From: Lama glama
Lineage: Eukaryota
Assembly (NCBI GenBank): GCA_028534125.1
Contig: CM052816.1
Coordinates: 59,646,001-59,710,000 of the forward strand
Direction of reading: 5' to 3'
DNA length: 64,000 nt
Of this stretch, positions 13,296 to 27,211 are shown piece by piece. The notes beneath the pieces are model-generated. The model saw nothing but the letters and a program-made list of their open reading frames with translations. It had not been told where the DNA came from and ran no database searches. Position numbers and translations under genes: made by a program. Within the stretch, counting starts at the first letter, position 1. The number at the start of each line of letters is the position of its first letter.

Positions 13296-14889
13296 ATCAG
13301 GCTGCCCATCAACCTGTCCACCCCGGTGTTGCCTTGATGCCCTTGAGAATCTTCCCAGATGTTGTCTTTCCAACCTCTACTTCTCTTCTTTGCAACTGCT
13401 CACTTCTGTGGACCCTACACTTAAGGTTTCTTCCAAACTCTTTACACAAATGTTCTCTGGCTTCCCGACTTCCTCTTCTCTACCATGAGCATAATTTCTC
13501 CTCTCCTCAGGGAATTCGTGTTTGGGGCTAGTGGTAATTGGCCAGGTCAAATACCAATCATATTTTGAACTTAATTCCCCTGCAATTCAGAGCACTGCAA
13601 GTATCAGTAATTTTTGTCCCCTCACCCACTCAGCCCTCTGTCTGAGATCCCAGTCATGGTCCAGGAAGAATCTTCCTACCAGGGAAGATAGTTTTAAATT
13701 CTTCCATTTCTTTGTACGTCTGAGATCACGACTATTGTTTATTTGGTTTACAAGAATCACTACAAGGAAGATTACTCACTGCCTTTTTCCTAGGGACTTG
13801 AAGGCCCCTGGAGGAGAAGGCATGGGCACCTCTAATCTGTAGGTGCATCTTCCCTTTGCAACTTGCCCTCAGTTCTACACTTGACAATCTATCTTCCTAA
13901 GGGTCTTCTTAATGTCAGTAAGCAACAAAGGGAAAGCACACCTACCAGGTTTTTGTCCCTGCAGGAGTAGGTCTGGCCAATCCAAACTGCTGTGGAGAAC
14001 AGCTGTGGATCTTACTAAGAAACAAAACCCAAAGCATCAGTAGCCAAACCCTATGCTCTCTGATGGTCTCCTTAGACATCCAGAACAGAGTTTCTCATGC
14101 TCCCTTCTTTTTTTGCATATCTGGCAGGGTTAGGTTCTTACGCAATGGGGAAGTGGGTAAGGAGAGGAGGAACAAGACGACTATATTTATACAAAAGGCC
14201 ATTCTTCACTTAGCAGTCCAGTGCTACAGCTCAGTTACATAAACAGGACTTCGAGACAGCATGGAAGGTGGAAAAACCACATTCTTATTAGCAACTGTCT
14301 TTTCACAAATGGCAGAGTTGTTGGCTATATTTAGAATAATTTTCCTCTTATTTTAATATCCTAGAGTTCATATCTAACAAGATATGTTAAAATATCTAAT
14401 CACTCGTTATCAAGTATTTGACTTATTTATTCCATTTTAATAGGTGATGTTACCTGGCTCTATGAAAAGATAAGGGGAAAGTCTTCATTCTATCTCTGCC
14501 CATCTGTCTAGTTTTCACTCCTTCCCATGATTTGTTTGACTACTTTCTGAAGACATCATTTACTTTATTCCTACTCTCTCCCTATTTCCTATAAACAGGA
14601 AATTATTCCCATATTTCTTATAAGCAGGAGGGACATTACTGGATTCGAATTAAACATTTAGAGACAGCCTATATTCCCCATGACATAATTTACTTCATAT
14701 TGCACTCCAAATGGAATGCCCCACCATTCATGATGCTACATTGAGCACCTACTGCTAAGTTCTCCCCCTTTGAGTTCAATAGTGCAATTCTGGGCACCGC
14801 ACCAATGGTCATTTCCTCACCAACAACTCACCTGATGATTTCAACCTCAAGCACTTCGGGACATGATGGCAGATGGAGAAAACCCATCC

Positions 14890-16740
14890 TCCCTAATTAG
14901 CAATTCTTGATCTGCCTAAATCAAAATTTTCATTTGAGGTTGCATAATGATGATTCTCTAAATCTGTTATTCTTTTCATATATATCAATTGCCATTCTTC
15001 CATAAAGTAGAGCTCTCTCTGAGCAACTGAAAGTGTTTGGTAAGCTTGAAATACAACTTCTTCCAGGAAGACAGGATAAATGCTCAATTTTCTCCTTTTA
15101 AATTACCAGTTGTCCAAGTAGATTTGGATCAACAGTCCCCTCAAAGAATGACCAATGTATTTTTTCTGCCTTTCTCTTTGAGCATTCTTACAGACTCATG
15201 GGTTTTTCAAAGATTCAATATCAGTTACAAACAATATTCTTTCTGATCCCCAAATTGTCATATCTTTGGCCAGTTGGCTCCTCAACAAGCTGGATTCTAT
15301 ATCCCATTAATAGGATCCCATTAATCTGTGAAAGCTTTTTTCTCAACATCTTGTGCTCTCTTTGCCCTAAACCAGAAGTCAGATAATTCTTAAAGAATCC
15401 TGGCTCCCTTTAGGGTGCAATCATATTAAAAACTAAACTATGGGCATGAAAGGTGTGGATGCTCCCAAGGTGATCTTCTTTCTAGGCAACTCCAGTGTTA
15501 GATAATAAATAAATAACCTGTTTTTGAAACTACTAGTTCACATTGCTGTTTCCAATTTATTTTTAATATTGTATTGTTTTTACTTAACTTCTTTGATTTT
15601 ATAACTAAAATTTTCTTTCACACTAGAAAATTTTAATTCTAATGATATTAATAAAACTACTAAATGTTTAAAATTTGTCTGTGGATTTTGTGTACAGAAT
15701 ATATCCCACTAAAAACATACCTTCTACCCCACTTTCTTCCATGCCCTATGGTAATCATTTTTACTAAATACTTGCTTATATTACCAAAGAATAAAAGGAT
15801 TCACCAGAAAAAGTTGTGCTCCCAAGTATTTCTTTTTGTAATTATAAGCAAATACATATATGTGTTCTTATCATCCCACTTTCTCACACAAATAGTTGCA
15901 AACTCCGTAACTGTTATGTTCCTTGTAGTTTTAACATACTATGTCTTGAAGATCTCTGCATCTTAGTACACAACAATCTAATCTGTTTCATTCTTTTTCT
16001 ATTTTTAAATGGCTGCATGTTACTACATTCTGAGAATGTACAATAATACTTTACTCAACCCAATACCCTCCTGCTGTCGCTCTGGTTTTTAACAGCAACC
16101 TTTTGCTATTATAAACAGTGTCACAATGAATAATTTTCTCTATATATCATTTTGTACTTGTACAGGGGTAACTGTAGGCAAGATTCTTTAGCAGTGAGAT
16201 TTCTGAAGCAAAGAGTAAAGGCATCTGTAATTCTGATAAATCTCACTAAATCTCCCTCCATCAAGGTTATTCAGGTTATCTCAATTTTGCACCTCCACCT
16301 GCAATGTATTAGAGTGCCGAATTTCCAACAGTCTCACCAATACAACATGCTGTTTTGGGGTATTTGCCCTTAAATGTGTAAGTGTAAAATGCTATCACAG
16401 TGTTAATTTGCATTTCTTTTATTATGAATGAGTGAGCATCTTTTCATTTCATTTTCATTTCATTGGCCATTCATATCTTCTTTTGTGTGTGTAAACTATT
16501 CGTGTCCATTTACTTTTAGTATCACTGAAAATTTTCTCCTTGATTTCTAGATGCTTTTTGTGTAATGAGAGATATTAGACCTTCATCTGTGATATGAATT
16601 GCAAATGCTTTTCCAAGTCTTGATTTTGCTTATGGTGTTTACTTTCATGCTCAATTAAAAAAAAAAAAACTCCCATGGGTAAATTTACAATCCCTCTCTC
16701 TCACTTTCTCTCTCTCTTTAGTGATTCTGGATTTCTAGTT
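14890..16740 (-). mobile_element. Old L1M (L1MD/L1ME-type) fragments
   Basis: T-rich strand with antisense ORF2-end motifs TTAATTTGCATTTCTTTTATTATGAATGAG...GAGCATCTTTTCAT...TTGGCCATTCATATCTTC and TTTTGCTATTATAAACAGTG. Confidence 0.8.
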
Positions 16741-17444
16741 ACTCTTAAAGTCACAAAAGCATACTTGATTACAATTCCCATGTGCATTAATAAAATTTGA
16801 GAAAAAAGTTATTTCATGTTTAATTTTTGCCTGGATCTTTATTATCAATATTGCTCCAAACTTCATCTCGTGGTTTAAAAGAAAATCATATGTAAAACAA
16901 ACCCTGTAGCTTGGGAGAGTAAAGGAGTCACAGGGGACTGTTGCATCCCACAAAAGATGATACAAGTAATTTCAGATGCTTGTAGGAGGACCTAGAGGTT
17001 GTCTATAAAAGGGATGGCAAACAGGGGAGGGTGATGATATTAGTCAAAACAGGACTCCAAATTTAATCGGATTCTTCTCCCTTAATTTCTGCAGCCTCAT
17101 CCTTTCTTGGTTCCCTCATACTTCTCTTCCTAGTCTTTCTCAGACTAACATACTAGTCTTTTCCCCTGAATCATCTCACCCAATCCAAACCTTCCAAATT
17201 GTACTTCAAGTCCAGACTTTCTTTCTTCCAGAGCTCCAGACCTGACTCTACTTGCCTGCAGAATGCCCCATCTGAATGTCCCTGGGTACCTCAATATTCC
17301 CATGTAAATAAAATGAATTTATTACTTGTCCACCACACTTCCTGTTTCTTATACACTTTCTTACCCGAGTTACTCTTATCACCATCTGTCCTAGTCATCC
17401 AACTCCTCCAACTAGGAGACAGTTAAAATACTTCATCCTACTGT

Positions 17445-18103
17445 TGAGACAGGAAGGAAGGGAGCAGGGCACAACCATTCAAGGAATGACATGGCAATTA
17501 ACACCAAGATGGTGGAAGATTCAACTCTAAGTGGACCTTAAGACCCAAGATGGTGGGAGAGTTGACTTCCAGTAGACCTTGAGCTTCATTATACACTCAT
17601 TGTAATATATTAGCATGGTAAATGGCACTTCCACAGGCGCCATGACAGTTCTAAGGCTGACCATAAAAGGTCAAAAAGTGGGCAGTGGCCCAATTCCTGG
17701 CACTCCCAGCCCCTTCCACAAGGTAGTTGGAATACTCCCCCTACTTGTTAGCATATGAAGTTACCAAGCCTATAAAAGCTAACCCCCACACCTCATAGCC
17801 ACTCTCCCTTCTGAGTGAGACAGACTGCACTTGTGTCTATGGAGCGTGTATCTACTTTTACTTTAAAATGAGCACCCAACCCCTACACCTCGTATCTTTT
17901 CTCTTGCCTTCTGAAACAGCCTGCACTCTGTCTATGGAGTATATATCTCTCTGAATAAATCTACTTTTACTCAACTGTGGTTCACTCTTGAATTCTTTCC
18001 TGCACGAAGCCAAGGACCCACACTTGGCAGGGTGTGTCCCAGGGACTTAACTGAGACCTGGAACACAGCCATCCTCTCGCCCCATGTTCTTTTTCCTATA
18101 TCA
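17445..18103 (+). mobile_element. Complete ERV1-class solo LTR (659 bp)
   Basis: Termini TGAGACAGGAA...TTCCTATATCA form an imperfect inverted repeat. 4-bp TSD CTGT at 17441-17444 and 18104-18107. TATAAAA at 17771-17777 and AATAAA at 17954-17959. Confidence 0.9.
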
Positions 18104-18269
18104 CTGTCACTCAGCTCTACAAATTCCTCTCAATCTCAATCTTCCTTCCTCTGTGACACACCCCCTACCTTAGTCTATTTCCTTTTCATTCTCCACACAA
18201 ATCTTGACATGGCATGGCTTTTCTCTGACTGTAGAATAAAGGCCAAATTTCTTCAACTAATATATGATT

Positions 18270-18480
18270 AATAGTAAGTTTACATTAGTTGAGAAGTGAT
18301 TTTGTGCCAGCCACTGTTCTCATCGGCACATGTATTACCCTATATTATTTCACTGAGTTCTCACAACAATCTTATGACGTATGCACTATTATCCCATCTT
18401 ATTTATGAGGGAACTGAGGAACCTGCCTTAGGTGCCCTAGGCTAGTAAGTGATGGAGTAAGAATAAAAATACAGGCTGAA
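18270..18480 (-). mobile_element. MIR
   Basis: TCTCACAACAATCTTATGA...TATTATCCCATCTTATTTATGAGGGAACTGAGG...GCTAGTAAGTGATGGAG. Confidence 0.75.
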
Positions 18481-21400
18481 TGCAGAGTTACTAGCCCCTC
18501 CATGACCCCTTGCTGACTTTTCTGACTTCGTCTTCTGTCATTTTCTTCATTTCATCAAAAGCTCCATCTCCATGGCTGTATCTTCTGAATCTATCATATT
18601 GTTTCATACCTCTACACCTTTGTACATATGGGTCCCTCTTCTTTTTTAATTTGAATCTCCTCTGATTCCCGGGAAACTCTTACACATCACTTTATCTGAG
18701 AAACATTCCATGACCCTTTCATCATCTTACTAGGTAGGGTTGATTTTGACTTCCAAAGAGTTTTTCCATTATGTCTCTCTCATTCACCCCAACTAGCATG
18801 CTCCATTCTGTGTTTCTACTATGGAACTCATCATAGGACCTAGCAGCAGTTTTGTATGGATGCGTTTTTTTCTCATAAACTCTAAGCTCTTTTAGGGCAA
18901 AAACTATGTCCCAATAAATGTGTTCAACACATGTTTACTGAATGACTAAGTGAGTGATAAATCCTGGCCATCATCTCACAGCACTAGATATGAGGTTCAT
19001 TCTCCCCTCTCCACTTCCAAAGCTGTAAATACAAGTTTTAACAGCACTTGGAAAACTGCAATACTCCCTCCAATTGCCAACATTATCCCAATCTCCATTT
19101 TTTTCCCTACAACATTCACCATACCTTTGAGGAAATGTTGTATTTTTTTCTTTCCTTCATTCCAAGTGAAATAAATGAGTCCAATGACCCCTAGATTTTA
19201 CTATTTATGAAACAATACTAACCCTCGAGTAAGGATAAGAGGAAAAGTCAAACTATTCAAGCTTGAGAGCAATTTCCTCTCACAACAGTCACTTTGAAAT
19301 ATCATTACTTTATTTACTTTTTGCTGAAACACCTTTGGATATATTGTTCTATCCCTTCCCAGGCCAAATAAATCAACCAATTTTACTCCAACTTTTCCCC
19401 TTTCTAAGCATTCCTTCAGCCTGCCATCACCAGAAATCACTAGTCTGTACAATGTCCCAATGAGGTCAGTGTGGATGGCATCATACTTGTCATTTTAGGA
19501 GCCGGCAGACCCAGCACAGAGACTAAGCAGCTTTGCCCAAGGCCATGGGACAAGTCAGTACCAGAGCTGGAATCAGAGGGGAGGAACCTTGGCCTTCAGC
19601 CCTGGATTCAGACTCGAGGTCATGTTAACCTAAGAAGCTTTTTTCCTTAGTGTCACGCGCTAAAGAAGATAAGAGGGTGGGGAAACAATACAGCTATGAA
19701 AGAAAGGGTCTCTTTCCTTATTGCCAAACCCAACACTATTAAGAAAGTTCTCTTGAGTTAAGCTACAAAGAAAGGAAATGTGTATGCTCCACTTTTTCTT
19801 TGTTCTTCTAAATTTTTCCCCCCAAGTGGTGGAAATGGTCATCTCCGAGGTCACCCAGAATTGAACAACTCATGGTTTTGATCCTCTAAAAGCCTGTCCC
19901 TAAACGTAAACTCTCCAGTTGGTCTTTGGGAATGTTTGAATTCGGAATCTTCAAAGGGGGGATTGTTGGGTCCTGCGCCTTTACCGTCCACAAGAAACAT
20001 TATTCTCGGCCACTCCCTGAGCTCTCTTCCACCTGGCAGCTGTTTGCACCTTCTTTCTCAGATATGAGAAAGGTGCGAGCGGCTCCTCTCTGTAGTTGCT
20101 CTGGGAACGGGGGCCCCAGTAGCTTATTGAAGAGGAAATTATTCTCAAAAACCATGTCTTGGCAGCTAGCAAAATTTCCATAAATCTCTTAAATATAATA
20201 AAATGCAATTAAAGTGCCACGTTGAGTTAGCTTCCTTTGAAGTTTCACACTTGCATAATAAACCAAGTCATAAACCAGGAGTCAAACTGGAGATTTTATT
20301 CCACTTTACAGATTAATTCTCATTAATTATCTACTTGACCCCTCCTGGCAGAGAGAAGTAGGTACCTGGGGCACCATAATTTGCTCTGATAAAAGCTAGT
20401 AAAAGACCAACTCACCACTGAAAATGGAACCCTCACACAGGGAATGTCATTTTGGAGCCAGAGAAAATTAGAACCTGTGTTTAGAAATCACATTCTCACA
20501 GTCTCATATGACCTCAGAAATATGAACGTATTCTGCATTTTGGGGATCTATTTTATTACCAAGCCTTTCTATTTTTATGTCAAGTGGTTGGTCCTCTGAT
20601 GAAAAAGGCGGCCCCTTAAAAGCTGGTTTCTTGCTAACCTAAAGTGCACAGGTCCTAAAACTGTATGTCCAGCCATGAGACATGCTACAGGACAGGATTT
20701 TGGTTTTTTTGTTTTTTGTTTTTCCACTGGCACAAAGAAGTAAGGTTTTAAGGCTTCATTTCCCTTTATCATGCAATTTTAATAACCGTGTGGACAAAGA
20801 AGGGTATTCATCAAGACCTGTAAGAATTCACTAACTCATGGGTTATGTCACAGAGACTGATTACCTGTGACTCACACTCAGTGAGGGCCACTTTCAATGA
20901 ATGCTGAGCCTCAGTGCAGCAAGGAACTTGCTTTGTGTACAGGGAAATTTATTTGTGTCCTGCACACCCATGTGTGTTTAGGCTATCTACAAGAAGTTTA
21001 TGTGATCTCTCTCCCTGTGCTGTACAGACTAAGGTAATTACAAGGATAGGAGCACCTCAGTGTAGAGGAAGGGTTAGCAGAGGATCGCTCAAAGGATGAG
21101 AAATGAATGGCTGACATGAAGAGGCAACATGGGAAAGGCTTTGAGTTGACCTGAGCTGATGTTTTTAAAAAGAGAAGAGAACAAAGTATGATGGATAATG
21201 AAGCCACAGGTTTTTAATACAGATTTTTCTTAACTTTGGGAAAGTGGCTGGGCTTGAACAGGAATAAGAGACACAATAGGATCACACAAAAGGATGGATC
21301 AGCAGTGTTGAAGATTAAGTAGCAGAGTCAATCAAAGAAAAATTCAACCCGATAAACACTGTCTAGTGCTTTTGTGTCAAAATCCTATTGCGGCAGGTCT

Positions 21401-21584
21401 CAGAGATGAGAAGTCAAGACCATATTCAAGGAGCCACTGGGTTCATCAGATGACATCTGCATCATGAAGGACAATGATCTCTATCTAATCAGAAAAGACC
21501 AGTGGTCACTGTAAGAAGAGCAATGTCAGGTTATGTCAAGTAGCTTAATGTAGGCTATTAGAGGATATTTGGAAGAAAGACTAC

Positions 21585-22150
21585 TTAGATTCTTTGGCTT
21601 GTAAATAACAGAAGCTAATTCAAGCAAATTTAATCATCAAAGGAAAAATTATTGCTACAATACAGAACTAATTCATTGGACCCAAGGGTAGGCATACAGC
21701 CAAGCTTCACAAGGGAGACCTTGGGTACCCCGGAGGCACCCTCACTCCAACTTTCATCTCATCTATATTTCTCCCAATCTAGCTGTTTGTTTTGCAACCA
21801 TAGACCAGATTTCTCTCCTTCACATTCTAGAAGAAAATTCTGTTCCTTCCTACAAGACTCAATAGCCAACAGTTTACATGTTGTATCTCCTTTGTCTAGG
21901 AGACCAGCATGACAGAGGTTGGCATCAAAATTCTCAGGAGAGAATTTCTAATGGCTCAGGTTGAATCAGGTGCTCACCGTTGACCAATCAACAGTGTCTG
22001 AGGGTGGGTGTAGGGGATGGGGTGAGGTTAGAGTGAAGTCATGATCCAGCTGCACCCCTTGTAAGAACATGAACATAGTGTAAGAGAAAAAGCAGCAGCT
22101 CTGAAAACTGAGTGAGTGAGGTTGGTCAGACAAAACCTAGGCATTTACCA
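21585..22150 (-). mobile_element. MLT1-type MaLR LTR
   Basis: TTTGGCTTGTAAATAACAGAAGCTAATTCAAGC and AATGGCTCAGGTTGAATCAGGTGCTCACCGTTGACCAATCAAC resemble antisense MLT1J/K motifs. Confidence 0.65.
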
Positions 22151-25100
22151 CAAAGAAATAGGATAGATAAGAGGACTTATGAGAGACAGACAAATTAGAC
22201 TCAACAAGAAGAAAGGATGACCATCTATGGAGAAACTACACACAGAAAATTCTAGAATGGGCTTGATAAGATTTGGTGGCAGGTGCATCAAGGCAAACAG
22301 TTTCATAACATCACTATTTGAGTTGGATAGTTTATGTTCTTGCCACGTTCATGTTGATGTTATGAACCTACAACACAACCAAAGATAATCAACACTGTAG
22401 CAGGGCATCAGGGACAGACCGGAAGTTTTCATAGGTTTCAGCAGGCGAACCCTGGTTAGTTCATCTTATTCAGGGAAGGAGGAAAGGTGGTAATGAGAAA
22501 CACAAGGATGAGGACTCTCCTCTAACACCTACTTTTCAGTGATTCAGAGTAAATTCTCAAAATGTCAGCAGAGCTAAGGTAAAGGAAAGCAATTGTGAAG
22601 GCAGATGAGTTTACGGAGAAGATGAGTCTGTTTTTTCACTCACCACATGTGCATGGATCCAGTATTTCACAAGGCTATGTGGCGATGTAAATGGTTTCCC
22701 CACAAAGAAGGCCAGCCTACCCTGGGGTAAAAGCCCACAAGGCCAATGTTCTCATGAAGAGTCGTAAAACTGAGCGATGAAAGAAATTTATGAGATCATC
22801 CCCCTTTCCCTCTGCCAACCAAGAAAGAACTGCCCCCCCAAATGTTCCCTGGTGAATCTTGTCTAGTCATTTTTTGAAGAGGAATGAAAAGAACATTTTA
22901 AGGCTTTCCCAGACTGTACAGGGGATGTACAAGGTGGCCTGTTTTTGTAGTCTTAAAGTCAACCACTTGCTTGGTTGAACTGAATTTCATTTTTTTTAAA
23001 ACATGATTGAATTTGGTGTTGGCCATGAGCATCATGCATGACCAGAGAATGAGGTGTGGGGGGAGGGGGCTGCTGCCCACGTGCACAACAGCAAAGGACA
23101 GAAAACAGTGCAGAGGCGCAGATTATGCAAATATCCCTCTGAAAATCTTGAGAGATCCTGGAAGGCCTGACAGTGCATGGAGATCGTGGGAGGGGCCTCC
23201 GGACATGCAGCTGTGTGTGGCGGGCCTTCACCCTAGATCATCTCACCCTGCCTCCCTGACTAGGAACCTGACAGGCATCATGTCATGTCAAGGGAAAACG
23301 TTCTGCTCTTCCCTCCCTGTATTACTAGAGAGAAGCAAGCTTCCCTTTAACTCCCAGCATTCAAATCCCTCTTTTATTTGCTGAACAAGGGCTGAAGCTG
23401 GAACAAAGAGGCTCCAGGGAACACAGTGAGAGAAACTTACTCTGCTTTTTAAATACATTCTTGATCCCTTTTCAGCTGTTTCTGACAAGAACAGAACATG
23501 ACTCCCATTCCACTGGTCAGCACTCCAGGACCAAAAAGTCATTGTTGACTTTCCCCTGAGTGATAACTGGCCACTTTTTGTCCATCTGAAGCAACATTTT
23601 ATTCCTTATCTGACATTCTGACACCCTTTTCCCCATGCTCTCATTCTCTTGACCCCAGAAAAATCCTGATATATATATTTTAAAACAAGCCACAGAGCAT
23701 CAGGGAGCAAGAAATGGTTGAGCAGATGGAGAAAAGATAACAGTAGGAAAAATCAAACTGAAACACAACACAACATAGGAATCTAAGCTACTTGTTTTAC
23801 ATCAGAGGAATGTCTCATTTGCACAAGCCAAACAAATGGTCTGTGACCTCCCTGTGTGTAGGGACTGTATCTCTGCAGTCACTTCATTCAGGTAAGGGAA
23901 GACCTCTATGCCCTGTCTATTGCGGGTTGTTACCTGGAAGAACGCAAAGCCAGTGATCCTCCGCCCAGTTGTCTGGAGATCACATTGTGCACAGAACCTC
24001 CTGATTCCTGGGTCCAGCCCGGGATAGAGTTACTTGCTAGACTTATGATGAAACAAGATGTTTAGAAGCCTCCAGGGATCTCCAAATGTCCATTTCACCT
24101 TTTCAAAAGAGGTGGCCATGATTTTTCTGAAGCTTTTTTGTGGCCAGTGATTTTTACAGCCCACAGAATATGGCCAAAAGGCTCTCTCTGATGGGCTGGG
24201 TGTCTGAGATGAAGGCAGCAGAACCATTTCTCATTCCTGTGGTAAGGTGTATTACCTACAGACCACAGGAAAATCAAGCCCACGTTCACACAAAATGTCT
24301 ACAAGAAGAGCACCATTGGAGGGAAAATGATAAGTCTACCAACTTCTCCCACTGCAGACGCCTCTGAGTGAATGGCTAGTCATGGAAGGAAGCCCTTCTC
24401 ACATTTGCTCATGTGGGGTTTAGGGGCCGGAGCGGACAAGGAGAGGCTCTCCTGGCAACAGTCCACATCCTTGGCTGCAAGGGTCTAAAACTGAAAAACA
24501 CTCAGGGGCCTGTCTTCTATTGTCGCCTATAGGAATCAGCACCACCAACCCAGTTCAAGTGTTTGAGGACTGCGGGCCTGCATGCCAACTTATCACCTCT
24601 CTGGTCCTGAACAGGGAAGAGGCAAGGCTCTGGAAGAGAATGTGAAACAAGGGAAGGGAAGAATGGGCCGAGGTAGAGAGAAAAGAGAGCACTTCTCTCT
24701 GCTTGGAGAACACATGTTCTCTGAGGCTCAGGGAAAACGGAACTTTGTCCACATCTGTACACATTAATGACAGTGAGCTTGGCTCTGTCTTGGGAGAACA
24801 GCGAATGGCTTTGAGTGTGCAAAGGAAGAGTAGGCATACCAAGCCACTGACCACACATGAGGGAGTGGGTGAAGCCAGCTGCATCTGAGACTTGATAAAT
24901 GTCTTGGAGATCTTTCCAACATGTTTGGTTCCGCAAACCCCAAAACACATGTCACCAAGAAACTTATTTATTTGCCTTTATTTTAAAGCCCTGCATATTT
25001 TTCGGACAATGAAATCCGTATGTTCCTGTTTCATTTCACTTAACTCCTTAAAGGGATGTTCACTGAGTGCCATTTGATGTCTACAGAGTCTTCTGTTACC

Positions 25101-26296
25101 ATTTTATGAGCATTTTGAAGCATTTGCATTCTGAATCCAGGAGCCAGCTAAACCAGATCTGAACAGGACCCAGTTTGGCTTGAAATTTAAAACTCTGGAG
25201 GCTCTGTTGGATCTCATTCTTGGCAAAATCTCTTCTCTTGTCACAGATTCATAGCCAAGAAGGCTGCTGCAGCAAGCCCAGCCCCAGCAGAAGGGTTAAG
25301 GGAAGTGCATCAGAACACTTAATTGAAACAACAAACCCAAGCCATGTCTCAAACAAATGAAATGCCCGAAGGAAAATTTTTACCTTGAAGTTAGTTCTTC
25401 TCATAAAATGGCAACTCAAAGAGCCACCATCAGACTGAACCAAGACAGGGAGAGCCTGACAACGAATCACCATTTGTCAGATGTGAAACTCAAGTTTCTG
25501 TGCTCATGTTGATTTCACTGAACACTTTACATTTTTCATTGGAGTAATCAAAGAAAAATACCAAGTGTTTCCTAGGATTTACATGAGCAATGAAAACAGA
25601 GAAAAGTGCCACTGACAAGCCAAAGCAATGATTTTTTAAAGATGCAGTACGGACTGGACTGGATAGAGGGAAATGGGGACTTATCTGTGGTTCAGTGCCC
25701 ACAGGGGAAGGAAGTGGGTCTTTCTCTTCCAGTGCCCTCCTGGAAGGGAAAGGCACAACGGTCAGCAAATGAAGCATGGCTCTACTCATAGGGAGCTGGC
25801 TTAGTGGAGTAGACAGACATTAAGTCGGCCTTCATAAAAGTAAATATCTGATTATAAATCATGATTGGTGCTTTGAAGAAGAAGAGGATGATGAAGAGGG
25901 AAGCTAATTTAGTGTGGGGGTTCCGGGCAAGTCTCTCTGAAGAAGGGTTATTTTCAAAGGCTATGTGAAGAATGAATGAGGTGAAAAATGGGCCCATTAC
26001 CAGGCAAAGGAAATGGGAGGCACAAAGGTCCTGAGCTGGAAGTGGGTCAAGAAGGCAGCTGGGAGCTGGCGGTGACAAGCACAACCAGATGATGCTAGTC
26101 TCATCCTTCTTTCCAGCTGGTGTATCACGTTCATCTCTGCTGAGCTCAGTTTCCCCACACTACATTATCTGCTAGGCTATAGTATTCTCATTTTGTTTTT
26201 TGTTCCCTTGAAACTCCATTCCCTGGCTTTTCAAGGCTGTGTTCATGCATTTTAAGTTTACTCCGAACATAGGTCGCAGGTCTCTATCCTCTCAGA

Positions 26297-27050
26297 CAGT
26301 GATTCTCAAAGTTTGGTGGTCTTGGGACCAGTAGTATCAGCATCCTCTGGAACTTACCAGAAAGGAAAAAAAGGGGACAGAGCAGTACGTGCCATCTGAA
26401 AGCTGGCCTGGCATTCACATTGGGCTATGTTATTTCCCTACTGAACAGAAATAATCTCACAGAACACCAACCCCAGGCAAGACTGCTCTGAGACTATGAT
26501 AAAATGAGACAAGCAAGGCCACTTCATAATTTTATCTAAACTCAGACAAAAACAAGGTCATCATGCAGCCCACAAATTATTAAACATCCCCTCTCTTGGC
26601 CAAAATCAGTGGCTGCTATTTCTCTACCAATTACAGTTTATCCTCTTGTGAGTTTCCCCTCCCTAAAGATAAAACTTATTGAGATATCCACTCAGAGAAT
26701 CTCCCCCATTTTCTGCCAGCATCCAATCTAGAGCAAATATCCACCTGCTTAAACCTACCCTCAAACCACTCAACCAGAGCCCAAATCCTATAGAATTTCT
26801 GACACCCTTCCTAACACCCTTTTACAGACACATCCCTGGTTCCTCAAGGCATGGGTTCCCCCTCGCTGCAGCAAATAAAAAATCCAACTCCTTTAACTAC
26901 AAGTGTGTTCCTGGTTATCTTTGGGCCATTGACATTTGGATCTCACCTCAGATTTAATGAGTCAGAAAATCTGGGGGTGGAGTCCAGCATCCTGTATTTT
27001 AACACTCTCTCCATGTGGTTATGATACATCCTCCATCTTGAGACTCACTG
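26297..27050 (+). mobile_element. MER5A (hAT-Charlie MITE) split by an LTR (parts 26297-26363 and 26935-27050)
   Basis: CAGTGATTCTCAAAG...GGACCAGTAGTATCAGCATC...AGAAA, then CAGAAAATCTGGGGGTGGAGTCCAGCATCCTGTATTTTAACA...GAGACTCACTG; both terminal inverted repeats present. Confidence 0.85.
26364..26934 (+). mobile_element. ERV1-class LTR (MER39/MER34-like), 5' end not clearly intact
   Basis: AATAAA near 26875 and 3' terminus CTACAAGTGTGTTCCTGGTTATCTTTGGGCCATTGACA; sits between two colinear MER5A halves. Confidence 0.7.
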
Positions 27051-27058
27051 CTCTAAGG

Positions 27059-27211
27059 CAATGGTTCTAAGTCCTGGCCGTCCATTAGAATACAGATGCC
27101 TGACTCTCCCAGAGATTCCCGTTCAGTTGATCTGCAGTGGGGTCTAGAAATCAGTACATTTTAAAAGCTCCCCAGATGATTCTGTTGTGCAGCCCAAGCT
27201 GAAAACCACTG
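27059..27211. mobile_element. Second MER5-family hAT-Charlie MITE
   Basis: Termini CAATGGTTCT...AAAACCACTG; internal TTTTAAAAGCTCCCCAGATGATTCT. Confidence 0.8.

Noticed and set aside
23125..23132. Isolated octamer ATGCAAAT (also near 3184 and within L1/MER5A)
   Set aside because: Lone 8-mers are expected by chance or derive from repeats.
24517..24950. Two overlapping minus-strand ORFs (143 and 131 aa)
   Set aside because: No recognisable homology or convincing exon boundaries.
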